DNA from: an uncultured Desulfobacter sp.
Lineage (GTDB): Bacteria; Desulfobacterota; Desulfobacteria; Desulfobacterales; Desulfobacteraceae
DNA: 64,000 nt
Direction: 5' to 3'
Assembly: GCA_963665095.1 (NCBI GenBank)
Contig: OY762069.1
Location: 1,920,001 to 1,984,000 of the forward strand
Positions 10,267-20,509 of this stretch are shown one piece after another. Under the pieces are notes generated by a model. That model did not search any database, had not been told where the DNA came from, and was given only the letters and a program-made list of their open reading frames with translations. The translations under genes were made by a program, and so were the position numbers. Position 1 is the stretch's first letter. The number at the start of each line of letters is the position of its first letter.

Positions 10267-10282
10267 TGGCACTCAGTTTGCA
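10267..10282 (+). promoter_or_regulatory. sigma54 (RpoN) -24/-12 promoter
   Basis: TGGCAC-TCAGT-TTGCA matches TGGCAC-N5-TTGCW exactly. Confidence 0.8.
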
Positions 10283-10393
10283 ATAAAGAAAACTGTACCT
10301 CAAAGAAGTCTTCAAAGAAAAATGATAGGTTATTCGGCTTTACCTTAAACCCTGGTGAAGTGAACTGATTACATAAATATGTTGGAGAAAAAC

Positions 10394-10567
10394 ATGAAGA
10401 TTCTTACCTGCCTGATCCTCGTAGCCGTTTCAACCTTGTCTTCAATGGTTGCCTTTGTTGACGTTATTTCTTTCAACCACACCGAGTCCGCACCAATTAT
10501 CATGCTTCTTTTGGGCTTAACCCTGATCGGTATTGCAGGAACGGTAAAACGCCGGGTCTACGAATAA
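10394..10567 (+). CDS. 57-aa protein: signal-peptide-like N-terminus plus degenerate PEP-CTERM-like sorting tail
   Basis: GGAG RBS; MKILTCLILVAV...; tail TESAPIIMLLLGLTLIGIAGTVKRR resembles VPEPxxMLLLGxGLxGLAG-basic. Confidence 0.55.
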   Translation: MKILTCLILVAVSTLSSMVAFVDVISFNHTESAPIIMLLLGLTLIGIAGTVKRRVYE

Positions 10568-11055
10568 TCCCCCATGTAATCAATGAGCATACCCGTAGTC
10601 TGACGCAGACGCTGGCTGATGAGTTTGGAAATTTTCCACATCAGTTGAACCCCTAATCTCGGATCATCCTCTGTCAGTCGGACCAGGTTATCCTGGGTCA
10701 TGAAAAATATCACGGTCTCTTTTACGGCGATCCCCGAAGCAGACCGGGGTTCGCCATCTATCAGAGCCATTTCGCCAAACGTCTGGGAGCTGGTCAGGGT
10801 CGCCACCCGCGTGTTCTCCTTAATAATGTCAATGGCCCCCTTGACGATAATACCAAGACTTTTATCCGTATCACCTTCCTTGAAAACAATGGCACCGGGT
10901 TTGGCCATCACAGGCTCAATATAAAGACAGATTTTTTTGATATGATCCAGGGAAAACTCCCTGGCCCATTTCGTCTTCTGAAGCACCTGGGTATATCTGG
11001 CGTATTTTTCAAGTGACGGGCCTGCACCTGAGGTCTGCCTGGTATTGGATTTCAT
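10558..11055 (-). CDS. stand-alone cyclic nucleotide-binding domain protein
   Basis: VFKEGD, FGEMALIDGEPRSAS phosphate-binding cassette; no HTH. Confidence 0.88.
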   Translation of the reverse strand: MKSNTRQTSGAGPSLEKYARYTQVLQKTKWAREFSLDHIKKICLYIEPVMAKPGAIVFKEGDTDKSLGIIVKGAIDIIKENTRVATLTSSQTFGEMALIDGEPRSASGIAVKETVIFFMTQDNLVRLTEDDPRLGVQLMWKISKLISQRLRQTTGMLIDYMGDYS

Positions 11056-11149
11056 GATTTTTCCGTTTTTTAAGGATTGATATACTGAAGTTACCCCGAA
11101 ATCCATACTAAAGATTTGACAGACGCATGTCAACAAACCCGATTGGTCT

Positions 11150-11311
11150 TTACTCTTTTATTATGAATTCATCCAGTTTGGCAAAAAGCGAGTCAGGCCA
11201 TTGCTCTGCGGTTAAGAACAGCTCTTTCTCCTCCGGCGTAAGGCTCTCCCTGATAATAGGGGGCAGACTGTCATACGCCTCCTGCCTTTCCCTGGTTGTT
11301 TTTTTATCCAT
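11150..11311 (-). CDS. small hypothetical protein, 53 aa (below the ORF-track cutoff)
   Basis: MDKKTTRERQEAYDSLPPIIRESLTPEEKELFLTAEQWPDSLFAKLDEFIIKE; GGAG RBS; co-oriented between rsmE and the cNMP gene. Confidence 0.7.
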   Translation of the reverse strand: MDKKTTRERQEAYDSLPPIIRESLTPEEKELFLTAEQWPDSLFAKLDEFIIKE

Positions 11312-11345
11312 TTTTCATTCTCCGTTTTATATTTAACTTGCTGCC

Positions 11346-12056
11346 TTAAGTAAAAAGCCGGGCTACCAGAGCGGTTACGGCCGTTTCCACCCTTAAAATC
11401 CGCGGTCCTATAGTGACCGGTTCAAACCCAGCCTGCACAAGGGTTGACACTTCAAGATCAATAAACCCCCCTTCCGGACCAATCACAAGGACAGTGCCGG
11501 TATTCAGTCCTGCCGGGCAAGGGGTACAGGCTTTAGGATGGGCAAGTATTCTTCTTTTTCCTTTACCGATATCCGGCAGTTCTTCTTTCACAAAGGGCGA
11601 AAAAAAGCGTTTAAGGTGTACCCGGGGCATCAGGGTGTCCCTGGCCTGGATCAATCCGAGTTCCAGGTGACGGGCCATATCGCGGTCATTGAGCAGGCCT
11701 GACTCCCAGAAACTTTTCTCCACCCGCCGGGAGTTAACCAGATAAATATCTTTAACACCCAGGCTTGCAAGACTTTGAAGTATCCGCTTCAGCATTTTGG
11801 GCCTGGGCAGTGCCAGGACGAGGTCTAAGGGGAGCGGATCAGGCGGATCTTCATCCAGGCAGACCTGCATGTCCAGCTGCCGATGGTCCATACGGACAAT
11901 GGTGCCTGTGCCCATTTTAGCGTTTATCAGGCCGCAGGCAAGGGTGTCTCCCGGTTTTGCACACAAAACCCTGGAAATATGGATCAGCCGCTCGTCTGTC
12001 AGGCGAACGACATCATTCCTGATAAAATCCTGTTCTGTGAGTAAAATCAGATTCAT
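11346..12056 (-). CDS. rsmE: 16S rRNA m3U1498 methyltransferase
   Basis: IGPEGGF and GPRILRVETA SPOUT motifs. Confidence 0.92.
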   Translation of the reverse strand: MNLILLTEQDFIRNDVVRLTDERLIHISRVLCAKPGDTLACGLINAKMGTGTIVRMDHRQLDMQVCLDEDPPDPLPLDLVLALPRPKMLKRILQSLASLGVKDIYLVNSRRVEKSFWESGLLNDRDMARHLELGLIQARDTLMPRVHLKRFFSPFVKEELPDIGKGKRRILAHPKACTPCPAGLNTGTVLVIGPEGGFIDLEVSTLVQAGFEPVTIGPRILRVETAVTALVARLFT

Positions 12057-12057
12057 G

Positions 12058-15000
12058 TCAAAACGTGACAATCTCCCGCTCTTTTATCAGTTCCTTAAAC
12101 TGTTTCACCCAGTGCGGTCCTGCGGTCATTTGAGCCAGTTCAACTGCCATATGTGCCGCTGACACACTGCCCTGCCGCCCAAGACCCTGGACGCAGGAAG
12201 GACAGTTGGTCAATATCCTGGGGTGCGGCACACCCAGCATCTGGGCCTGTTGTTCAATGGCGCTTCGTTTGCGTAAAAACATATTATAGCTGATATCCGG
12301 CCGGCTCAGGGCCATGGTGCCGGCCTCGGAGCAGCAATAGGGCACCAAATGGGCCTCAATGCCGGCTTTAGCAAGCTTTGAGACAGCTGCAGCCTTGAGA
12401 CTGTCATGACAGGGGGCATGGTATAAAAAGGGCGTGGTTTCCGACACAGTAAGGCCCTGTTCAAACAAAAACTCTGAAATATCAAAGAGCCCTGTATCAA
12501 ACAGCTCTTTGACACCCAGATTTTCCAAAGATTCCATACAGGTGCCGCAGGAGACAATGCAGCCTGAAAAATTCAAGTCATTGAACATATCCCGGATCTG
12601 GGTCATGATAATGGTGTTTTCAAGGGTAACTTTTTCGAACTCTTTTGTCCGGGCATTGACCATTAAGGGATACCCGCAGCACATGTACGGCGGCGGCAGC
12701 ACCACCTGGTGCCCCTGGGATAACAACAGGAATACCGAGGCCATGGAAATCTTTGAAAACATGCGTTCGCTGCCGCACCCCGGGAAATAAAATACCGTGG
12801 AAACAGCCGTACCAGACGGATTCAGCACCATTGCCTGGTTCCTGTCGGCATGGGGCAGATAGCCTCGGAGAGTGGTCAGGCCCGGCTGGGATACCGGAGA
12901 ATGCAGCAGCTGCACAGGCCGGGTTTCTTTGAGACGCGGAACCATACTTAAGGGTTTTGCCAGCTTGACAGCAGCACGCTGAACGGTGCTGCCTGCAGCC
13001 AGAAGTCCGGTGCGCAAAACCGGATTCAGGGCCTGGTTTCGGCTGCCCAGATACCCTAAAGTCATCAGGGTGGATAACGGCGTCTGTTTGAAATTCATTT
13101 TTTTTAAAATTTCGCGCTCCCTGATAGATATAACACCGGTATCAATGTTAACCGGACACTTATCCAGGCATTTGTGGCAGACAGTGCAATGGTCTGCAAT
13201 CTGCTCTATGTTTTTAAGTACTTTAAACTTTGTGGACTGTGTCCGCTGGGTAATATAGAGAAGGGCCTCAATCAGGGCGCCCAGCGCCAGGTTCTTGTTT
13301 CTGGGGTGGAAAAACATATTCCTGGCCGGATAAAATACAGGACACAGAGGCTTGCATTTACCACATCGTACACAATTTGAAATATTGCCGGCCAGCTCAG
13401 ATAAAGAGCCGTATTTGAGAATCTGGGCCTCCAGCTCCAGCAGGTTAAAAGAGGGGGTAAACACCTTGGAGATGATGTCAGGCTCTGACAGTTTACCCGG
13501 ATTCATTATGCCCTGCGGGTCTATTTTATTCCTGTAAGCATCAAAAACAGTTACCTGATCCGTATCCAGATATTTGAACTTGGTGATGCCGATACCGTGC
13601 TCCCCGGATACCACGCCATCCAGTTCAACTGCCTTGGCCATCACTTTGTCAGCCGTCATGTGTGCCCTTGCCATCATCTCCTTGTCATTGGAGAGTACCG
13701 GGATATTGACATGGACATTGCCGTCGCCTGCGTGCATGTGGGTGGCAATAACGATGAGGCGGCTGGATGTCTCCTTGTATATCCGCTCCACATTGGAGAG
13801 AACCAGGCTGTAACCGCGCAGAAGTTCTGTCACCTGACTGTAAAAATTCTTGGAGTGAATGGAGGCTTCCAGCGCATCCCGAGAGGCGATGTCCAGTTTT
13901 TTGCGTATTGCAAAGGCCAGATCCTTGATCCGGCCGACCTTTTTCCCAAGCCACTGGGGATCAGCCAGGGGGATGGCAGTATCCAGGTAAGCAACAACCT
14001 TGTGGATAATCCGGGTCTGGTTGTATTTTTTCTCCTCCAGATTGGTCTTGTCCACAAATCGGACAAAATCAGCCAGGCTGTCAATGGGCAGGACAATATC
14101 TTCGTTAAGCTTGAATGCATTGGTGTGGGCGGCAATGGCACCGAGGCGTTTCCTGTCCTCCCAGAACCGGGCCGCTTCCACACGGTCCCGGGCAATGGTG
14201 AATCCGGTTTTATCATAGGGTTCAAGAATCTTTTCCAGCTCTGCCATACCGGTGTTCAGCACGCCTTCATCATCACAGACCATATCAATGAGCAGAACAG
14301 CCTTTAGCCGGTCGCCCACTGGCCGCTTGGTTTTGTAGCGGATGGCCTTGATATATTCCTCGTCAAAATGCTCCAGGGCCATAAGTGCCGGATCACTGTT
14401 GTCAAAGCGGCTGCAGATTTCCGTGATCACCCGGCCCGCCTCGGTCATATCATTGCCGAAAAATTCAATGCAGCAGGTGGCCTTGTGTGCAAACTGGGGA
14501 TAAAGGATAAACTCTGCCCAGGTAATAATGCCGTCACACCCCTCTTTCTGCAGCCCGGGCAGTCCTTTCAGGGTTTTGTTGGTCACATCCTTACCCAGTC
14601 CCTGTTTGCGGATATCTGCCCCGGTCAGTTCAATGGTGTCACGCACCTGGCCGTTCGTATCGCTGACCTCAAAAATCAGGGAATCTTCATACCTGATTTT
14701 ATGCAGGGGGTGATCCTTGCGCGTCACCTTATATACCTGGCCGTCAGGCATGGTGATCCGCCAGGCCAGAACATTGTCAATGGCCGTACCGTAGAGCACA
14801 GCAGTTTTACCACCGGCATTTTCAGCCAGATTGCCGCCAATGGTGCAGGCCCAGGCAGAGGTGGGGTCAGTGGCGAAAATAAAACCGGCTGCCGCCGCCG
14901 CATCCTTGGCATCCTGGGTAATGACGCCGGCCTGCAGAGGCATCACCGCATAGTTCCGGCCGTCCCGGGTGGTGCGCTGCTCAATGGGAAAAATGGTGTT

Positions 15001-15654
15001 AAGTTTTTCCGTATTGATCATGACGCAGTCAGGGGAAAGAGGTGTGGCCCCGCCAGTCAGTCCGGTACCTGCGCCCCGTGGAATAATTTTAAACCCCAGC
15101 TTTTTGATCTTTTTAACCAGCGCTGGAATCTGTTCCTCCTGGTCCGGCCGCAATACCGCCACAGGAACAAATCGTCTCCAGTCCGTGGCATCCGTGACAT
15201 GGGAGGTGATGTTAAAAGGATCAAAACAAATATTGGCGCTACCGATGACAGGAGCCAGCTGCCGCTGCACTTTTGCCTGCTCGGCAGCCAGTGTCTGGAT
15301 CTGCTGTTTGAGGTGTTTAAGCTCCCTGCGACAGACATCAAGCACCTGCCTGACCTGGTCATGGGTGGCATGCGCGTCAATGATTAAAAGATCATTTTCA
15401 AATTCAGCAAGCAGACGCCGGCGCAGTATGGGATGTTCCACCAGTTCCTGAAACAGAAACGCATTCCTGCGGATGATGAAAAGATCCCCCATGAACCGGT
15501 GAAGCAGGCGTGATGAGCGCCCCGTATCCTTAAGCTGTTCCAGTGTGCGGATGGTGTTTAAAATATCTGCGCCGAACAGATGCACAATGATCTGGCCGTC
15601 ATCAGCAGAGGTATAATTATATGGTATTTTTCTGTCTGGGTCTTTCATTTGCAT
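12058..15654 (-). CDS. FAD-binding and Fe-S-binding oxidoreductase (GlcD/GlcF-like fusion)
   Basis: PRGAGTGLTGG, TIGGNLAENAGG, HAGDGNVH, SGEHGIG, CVRCGKC..C, CTVCHKC..CP, CCG domains. Confidence 0.85.
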   Translation of the reverse strand: MQMKDPDRKIPYNYTSADDGQIIVHLFGADILNTIRTLEQLKDTGRSSRLLHRFMGDLFIIRRNAFLFQELVEHPILRRRLLAEFENDLLIIDAHATHDQVRQVLDVCRRELKHLKQQIQTLAAEQAKVQRQLAPVIGSANICFDPFNITSHVTDATDWRRFVPVAVLRPDQEEQIPALVKKIKKLGFKIIPRGAGTGLTGGATPLSPDCVMINTEKLNTIFPIEQRTTRDGRNYAVMPLQAGVITQDAKDAAAAAGFIFATDPTSAWACTIGGNLAENAGGKTAVLYGTAIDNVLAWRITMPDGQVYKVTRKDHPLHKIRYEDSLIFEVSDTNGQVRDTIELTGADIRKQGLGKDVTNKTLKGLPGLQKEGCDGIITWAEFILYPQFAHKATCCIEFFGNDMTEAGRVITEICSRFDNSDPALMALEHFDEEYIKAIRYKTKRPVGDRLKAVLLIDMVCDDEGVLNTGMAELEKILEPYDKTGFTIARDRVEAARFWEDRKRLGAIAAHTNAFKLNEDIVLPIDSLADFVRFVDKTNLEEKKYNQTRIIHKVVAYLDTAIPLADPQWLGKKVGRIKDLAFAIRKKLDIASRDALEASIHSKNFYSQVTELLRGYSLVLSNVERIYKETSSRLIVIATHMHAGDGNVHVNIPVLSNDKEMMARAHMTADKVMAKAVELDGVVSGEHGIGITKFKYLDTDQVTVFDAYRNKIDPQGIMNPGKLSEPDIISKVFTPSFNLLELEAQILKYGSLSELAGNISNCVRCGKCKPLCPVFYPARNMFFHPRNKNLALGALIEALLYITQRTQSTKFKVLKNIEQIADHCTVCHKCLDKCPVNIDTGVISIREREILKKMNFKQTPLSTLMTLGYLGSRNQALNPVLRTGLLAAGSTVQRAAVKLAKPLSMVPRLKETRPVQLLHSPVSQPGLTTLRGYLPHADRNQAMVLNPSGTAVSTVFYFPGCGSERMFSKISMASVFLLLSQGHQVVLPPPYMCCGYPLMVNARTKEFEKVTLENTIIMTQIRDMFNDLNFSGCIVSCGTCMESLENLGVKELFDTGLFDISEFLFEQGLTVSETTPFLYHAPCHDSLKAAAVSKLAKAGIEAHLVPYCCSEAGTMALSRPDISYNMFLRKRSAIEQQAQMLGVPHPRILTNCPSCVQGLGRQGSVSAAHMAVELAQMTAGPHWVKQFKELIKEREIVTF

Positions 15655-15664
15655 TCAACAACCA

Positions 15665-17281
15665 TTACCCGTTGTGCTCGGTTGTTTTAAGAAATTGAAT
15701 CTGAGGCCACTCCTCCATGGTAAACCCAAGCTGATATTCGCTGGTGGTCAGATAGGTCAGGCGGCCTTCAGCATCCCGGGTCAGGCTGGACTCGTTTTTC
15801 CGGGTAAACTCCTTAAGAGTAGACTCATCGTCACATGCGATCCACCGGGCCACGGAAAGATCAATGGGTTCATACCCGGCATTAACATTGTACTCGGCCT
15901 TGAGACGGGCCATGGTCACATCAAACTGGAGGACACCCACCGCACCAATGATATGCATGGTCCCGTTCAGCGGCCTGAACACCTGGATGGTACCCTCCTC
16001 TGCCAGCTGGGTCAGCCCCTTGGTCAGTGATTTGGCTTTCATGGGATCTTTCAGCAGTACCCGCCGGAAATGTTCCGGGGCAAAATTGGGAATGCCCAAA
16101 AATTTGAGCGGCTCCTTGGTGGTAAAGGTGTCCCCGATCTTAATGGTACCATGGTTGTGGATACCAATGATGTCTCCGGGATATGCCTCCTCCACGTTGG
16201 ACCGTTCCTGGGCCATGAAAATGGTGGCATTGGCAATTTTGATGTCCTTGCCGATGCGGTGGTGGCGCACCTTCATCCCCTTGGTGAATTTGCCGGAACA
16301 AATTCTGAAAAAGGCAATCCTGTCCCGGTGTTCAGGGTCCATATTGGCCTGGATCTTAAAGGTAAATCCTGAAAAAGCATCTTCCGCGGGATCCACATCC
16401 CGACTGGCAGATGCCCGTACCCCGGGACACGGTGCAATCCTGACAAAGGCATCCAGCATCTCCCGGACCCCGAAATTATTGATGGCAGACCCGAAAAAAA
16501 CCGGCGTCTGGGTACCGTTCATATACAGATCCAGGTCAAAGGGTTCAGCCGCCACAGATATCAGTTCCACATCTTCCCGCAGCTGATCTGCCCTGGAACT
16601 GCCGATCATTTCATCAAGCAGGGGATCGGCAAGGTCCTCAATCAGGACGCCGTCATCATCTTTAGGGGTATATCCGGCAGAAAACAGTCCGAGCTGTTGT
16701 TTCTCAAGATCATACACCCCTTTAAACCGCTTACCCATGCCAATGGGCCAGGTCAGAGGCACGCATTCAATCTGAAGTTTATCCTCTATGTCCTGAAAAA
16801 GATCCAGGGGATCCATGCCCTCACGGTCCAGTTTGTTAATAAACGTAATGATAGGCGTGTTGCGCATCCGGCACACCTCCATCAATTTCTGGGTCTGGGG
16901 CTCCACCCCTTTGGCCGAGTCAATGATCATAATGGCACTGTCAACAGCCGTAAGCACCCGATAGGTATCTTCACTGAAATCTTTATGCCCCGGTGTATCC
17001 AGCAGATTAATCTCATAATCCTTATAGTTGAACTTCATCACAGAGGAAGATACAGAGATACCTCTCTCCTGTTCGATGGAGAGAAAATCCGAGGTGGCGG
17101 CCCTGGCGGCTTTCCTGGATTTCACGGCACCAGCCTGCTGGATGGCCCCGCCGAACAGGAGTAGCTTTTCGGTCAACGTGGTCTTCCCGGCATCCGGATG
17201 GCTGATAATACCAAAGGTTCTTCGTTTTTTGATCTCTGCCAGAAGCTTTTTATCTAATTTATTTTCTATGGGTGTATCCAT
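15665..17281 (-). CDS. prfC: peptide chain release factor 3
   Basis: [54 protein letters not shown]. Confidence 0.97.
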   Translation of the reverse strand: MDTPIENKLDKKLLAEIKKRRTFGIISHPDAGKTTLTEKLLLFGGAIQQAGAVKSRKAARAATSDFLSIEQERGISVSSSVMKFNYKDYEINLLDTPGHKDFSEDTYRVLTAVDSAIMIIDSAKGVEPQTQKLMEVCRMRNTPIITFINKLDREGMDPLDLFQDIEDKLQIECVPLTWPIGMGKRFKGVYDLEKQQLGLFSAGYTPKDDDGVLIEDLADPLLDEMIGSSRADQLREDVELISVAAEPFDLDLYMNGTQTPVFFGSAINNFGVREMLDAFVRIAPCPGVRASASRDVDPAEDAFSGFTFKIQANMDPEHRDRIAFFRICSGKFTKGMKVRHHRIGKDIKIANATIFMAQERSNVEEAYPGDIIGIHNHGTIKIGDTFTTKEPLKFLGIPNFAPEHFRRVLLKDPMKAKSLTKGLTQLAEEGTIQVFRPLNGTMHIIGAVGVLQFDVTMARLKAEYNVNAGYEPIDLSVARWIACDDESTLKEFTRKNESSLTRDAEGRLTYLTTSEYQLGFTMEEWPQIQFLKTTEHNG

Positions 17282-17408
17282 TCAACATCTCTTTTCAAAA
17301 CAGGTATATTTCAGGCAAGGGCCTTAAAATACAAAAAAATTAAGAGAGGAAATTTACCAGTATTTTTAAGGGGAATCAAGCTTTTTAAAATGTCGTTCAC
17401 CAATATAT

Positions 17409-17437
17409 TTGACTTCAAGCCGGACCGACTATATAAA
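17409..17437 (+). promoter_or_regulatory. sigma70-type promoter
   Basis: TTGACT-N17-TATAAA just upstream of an AGGAGG RBS. Confidence 0.55.
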
Positions 17438-17456
17438 AACCTAAGGAGGCTCAAAT

Positions 17457-18113
17457 ATGCATGAAATATGGATTATTATTGCGGCATTCATTCTTCTGGC
17501 AGGGTTGCTGATCTCTGAAAAAAAAGAGAGCCTGAAAGGCATTTTATCCACCAAACCCTTTCTTTCCGCGCTATTTATTTTAGTGGCTCTGATTCAGCCC
17601 CATTTTCATTTATCATATTATCACCTGATCCTATGCGGCCTGATTTTCTGTTTTATCGGAGACATCTGCCTGGCCTTTTTCTTTCACCGATTGGTGTTTA
17701 CTCTGGGGCTGGCTGCTTTTTTAATCGGGCATCTGTTTTACACAGCCGCCTTTTTTGTTTCAGCCGGCACCACTGCCGGCACCTGGATATCTTTTGCGGC
17801 GATCACGCCTTTATCCGGGATTGTGTTTATGAAACTTCGCCCCCACCTGGGCAGTATGAAAGGCCCGGTGATCGCCTATATCGTCATAATTTCTTTCATG
17901 GTTATCGGTGCCGGATCTCTGAGTTTTTGCCGGGAATTCAGCCTATCTGATCGGTTGCTGGTACTTCTGGGTGCCGTGTTGTTTTATATCTCGGATCTTT
18001 TTGTGGCACGCCACCGTTTTGTTAAAAAAACTATCATCAACAGGTATGCAGGGTTACCCATGTACAACGCAGCCCAGTTCATGCTGGCCTTCTCAGTGGG
18101 GCTGACAGGATAG
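17457..18113 (+). CDS. YhhN-family membrane protein (lysoplasmalogenase-like)
   Basis: KP, GDICL, GLAAFLIGHLFY, GAVLFYISD, YNAAQ; multiple TM helices. Confidence 0.85.
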   Translation: MHEIWIIIAAFILLAGLLISEKKESLKGILSTKPFLSALFILVALIQPHFHLSYYHLILCGLIFCFIGDICLAFFFHRLVFTLGLAAFLIGHLFYTAAFFVSAGTTAGTWISFAAITPLSGIVFMKLRPHLGSMKGPVIAYIVIISFMVIGAGSLSFCREFSLSDRLLVLLGAVLFYISDLFVARHRFVKKTIINRYAGLPMYNAAQFMLAFSVGLTG

Positions 18114-18355
18114 TCTATTCATCTCCTTCAGGTCTTTAAAAATTGAATGATGCACATCCGTCTTGTCGCGAATGACGCCAATACGATACTTTCATTTCAT
18201 TTTTTATTCATAACATCTTAATTTTAAGAGTATTTTCCTAATAAATCATTGCTATTTCATAGAATAAAAATTAGAAAGAGCGTGGAAGTGTTAGAATCCT
18301 ATTAGCGCTTCCTATAAATGACGCAAAACTTAATCTTATCGGGAACAGGAGGACT

Positions 18356-18814
18356 ATGCGCTATCCGGTTGTCGCAGCAGCAATTACTGGTTTGCTCTTT
18401 TCAATATCGTTACCGGTTCTTGCCCAGGAAAAAAAGTTTGTGGGGATGGATGCCTGTATGGACTGCCATCAGGAGCAATATGACAATTTTATGACATACT
18501 CTAAAAAGGCGCACTCTTTCATGAATATAAAAAAAATGGAAAAACGCGTGACGCCTGATGAATATAAAGAGTGCTTCCAGTGCCACACCACCGGCTACGG
18601 AGCACCAGGCGGATTCATATCAGAAAGCCAGACCCCGGATCTAAAAAATCCGGGCTGCGAGGTCTGCCACGGACCGGGCAGCCTTCATATTGAATCCGAG
18701 GATCCAGACGATATTATCACTGAGATATCCATGGATGACTGCATGGTGTGCCATAGTAAAGACCGTATAGATGCCTTTGAATTCAAGCCATTATTGTTCA
18801 GCGGTGCCCATTAA
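18356..18814 (+). CDS. periplasmic tetraheme cytochrome c (c554-like)
   Basis: signal peptide; CMDCH, CFQCHTTG, CEVCHGPGSLH, CMVCH. Confidence 0.9.
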   Translation: MRYPVVAAAITGLLFSISLPVLAQEKKFVGMDACMDCHQEQYDNFMTYSKKAHSFMNIKKMEKRVTPDEYKECFQCHTTGYGAPGGFISESQTPDLKNPGCEVCHGPGSLHIESEDPDDIITEISMDDCMVCHSKDRIDAFEFKPLLFSGAH

Positions 18815-18835
18815 ATCTTGGTGGAGGATGCCATA

Positions 18836-20509
18836 ATGAATTTTATATTTGCAAAATTAAACAGCCGATTGTGGATTAAAGTAATGGTTCCTGTCTGCAT
18901 TCTTCTGACTCTGGTCATGGGCATTTCCCTCTGGTTTAACATGAAAACCCAGACCCGATTAGGCATGGACCAGCTCAGTATTCAAAACATGAGCCTGGCC
19001 AAGGCAGTTGAAGGCGGCATGTTTGATGCCCTGGCCACAGGAGATAATGACACTGTCAGAGCCCAGTTCAAGCGCCTGGGTGAAAAGGTTGATAACTTAA
19101 AGGTTTACGTATACAGCTTTGACAAAACCATCACCTTTTCCACGGATCCCGAAGCTGTGGGCAGACCAGTTGACCAGTATACACCTGGCAATGCATCACA
19201 GGATATTGAAACGATGATGACCCAGGGGCAGGCATCTCACCAGTCTTTTGTCACCACCATAGCACAATCAAACTATATTATTATAAATGAACCCATTGCC
19301 AATGACCAGAGATGCTACCACTGTCATGGAAAGCGTAAAATCCTGGGAGGGATCTCTGTACTTTCTTCCATGGCCCCGCTTCAGAAAAATGTTGCCATGG
19401 CTGAAAGAAAAAGCATTCTGATCTGCGTGGCTGGTCTTGGGACTATTGTATTACTGATCTGGGTGATTTTTATCTTTCTGGTCAATAAAAAAGTAGGCAG
19501 TGTTCTGGAAACAGCTTCAAGGCTGATCCAAAAGGATTTTTCCCACACAGACAAGGTAAAACAGGGGGACGAGATCAACCATATTCTTAACCGTCTCAAC
19601 CAGGTCACCAGCGAACTTAGGGGCACCATCCGACAGATCATTGCCAATGCTGAGAAACTGACTGTTGCATCCTCCGACATGACCGGGATAGCAGGGACAC
19701 TTGACACGTCAAGCACCAACGCATCTGATGAGGCAACCCAGGTATCTGCCGCAGCAGAAGAGATGAGCGTTACCAATAAGGCCGTTAATGAAGCCATGGA
19801 GGGGGCCTCCGTCAGTTTAACCGCCGTTGCCAAGGCAGTGGAAGAGATGAGTGCAACAGTGGCAGATATCTCCCAAAATTCCTCTGAATCCAAGGCCGTT
19901 ATCAAGGATATGGTGACAGGTTTTGACCAGATTCTTGATGCTGTCAGTAACCTGGGTGGCCAGGCAGACGATGTGGACGCCGTTACCGACGAAATCCGTG
20001 CCATGTCTGAACAGGTATCCCTTCTGGCTCTAAACGCAAAAATTGAGGCAGCCAGGGCAGGAGAGGCTGGTAAAGGCTTTGCCGTGGTGGCCCAGGAAAT
20101 TACTGAGCTGGCACTGAACAGTAATCAGGCAACCGTTCAGGCAGACGAAAAGCTTGCAGGAATTAAAAACACGGCCAGGGATCTGATAGATCAGGTGACC
20201 GGACTGACGGAGCATGTCAAAAAAAGTGACCATGCCATGGCCGGTATTGCAACAGCTGTGGAGGAACAGAGCGTCTCCACCCAGGAGATTGCCAAAAACA
20301 TCAGTGAGGTCAGCGAAAAAATAACAAAGGTAACGGAGCGGGTTGCATCTGGAGCCCAGACCGCAGACGAAATTGCCCAGTCTATTGCGGTGGTGAGGGA
20401 GATGTCAGGTGCGGTGGGAAAAAAGAGCGACGAACTGAATAAAAGTGCCCGGCACCTGTCTGACATGGCCGATCATTTCTCAAATCTGATGAAGCAGTTC
20501 AAGGTTTAG
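18836..20509 (+). CDS. methyl-accepting chemotaxis protein with c-type heme sensor domain
   Basis: two TM helices, periplasmic CYHCH, HAMP, LLALNAKIEAARAGEAGKGFAVVA. Confidence 0.92.
   Translation: MNFIFAKLNSRLWIKVMVPVCILLTLVMGISLWFNMKTQTRLGMDQLSIQNMSLAKAVEGGMFDALATGDNDTVRAQFKRLGEKVDNLKVYVYSFDKTITFSTDPEAVGRPVDQYTPGNASQDIETMMTQGQASHQSFVTTIAQSNYIIINEPIANDQRCYHCHGKRKILGGISVLSSMAPLQKNVAMAERKSILICVAGLGTIVLLIWVIFIFLVNKKVGSVLETASRLIQKDFSHTDKVKQGDEINHILNRLNQVTSELRGTIRQIIANAEKLTVASSDMTGIAGTLDTSSTNASDEATQVSAAAEEMSVTNKAVNEAMEGASVSLTAVAKAVEEMSATVADISQNSSESKAVIKDMVTGFDQILDAVSNLGGQADDVDAVTDEIRAMSEQVSLLALNAKIEAARAGEAGKGFAVVAQEITELALNSNQATVQADEKLAGIKNTARDLIDQVTGLTEHVKKSDHAMAGIATAVEEQSVSTQEIAKNISEVSEKITKVTERVASGAQTADEIAQSIAVVREMSGAVGKKSDELNKSARHLSDMADHFSNLMKQFKV

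Noticed and set aside
225..18113. Plasmalogen/ether-lipid pathway linking dehydratase-activase, lysophospholipase and YhhN
   Set aside because: PlsA/Ger enzymes are large multidomain fusions, whereas these are classical separate subunits, and the genes are not clustered.
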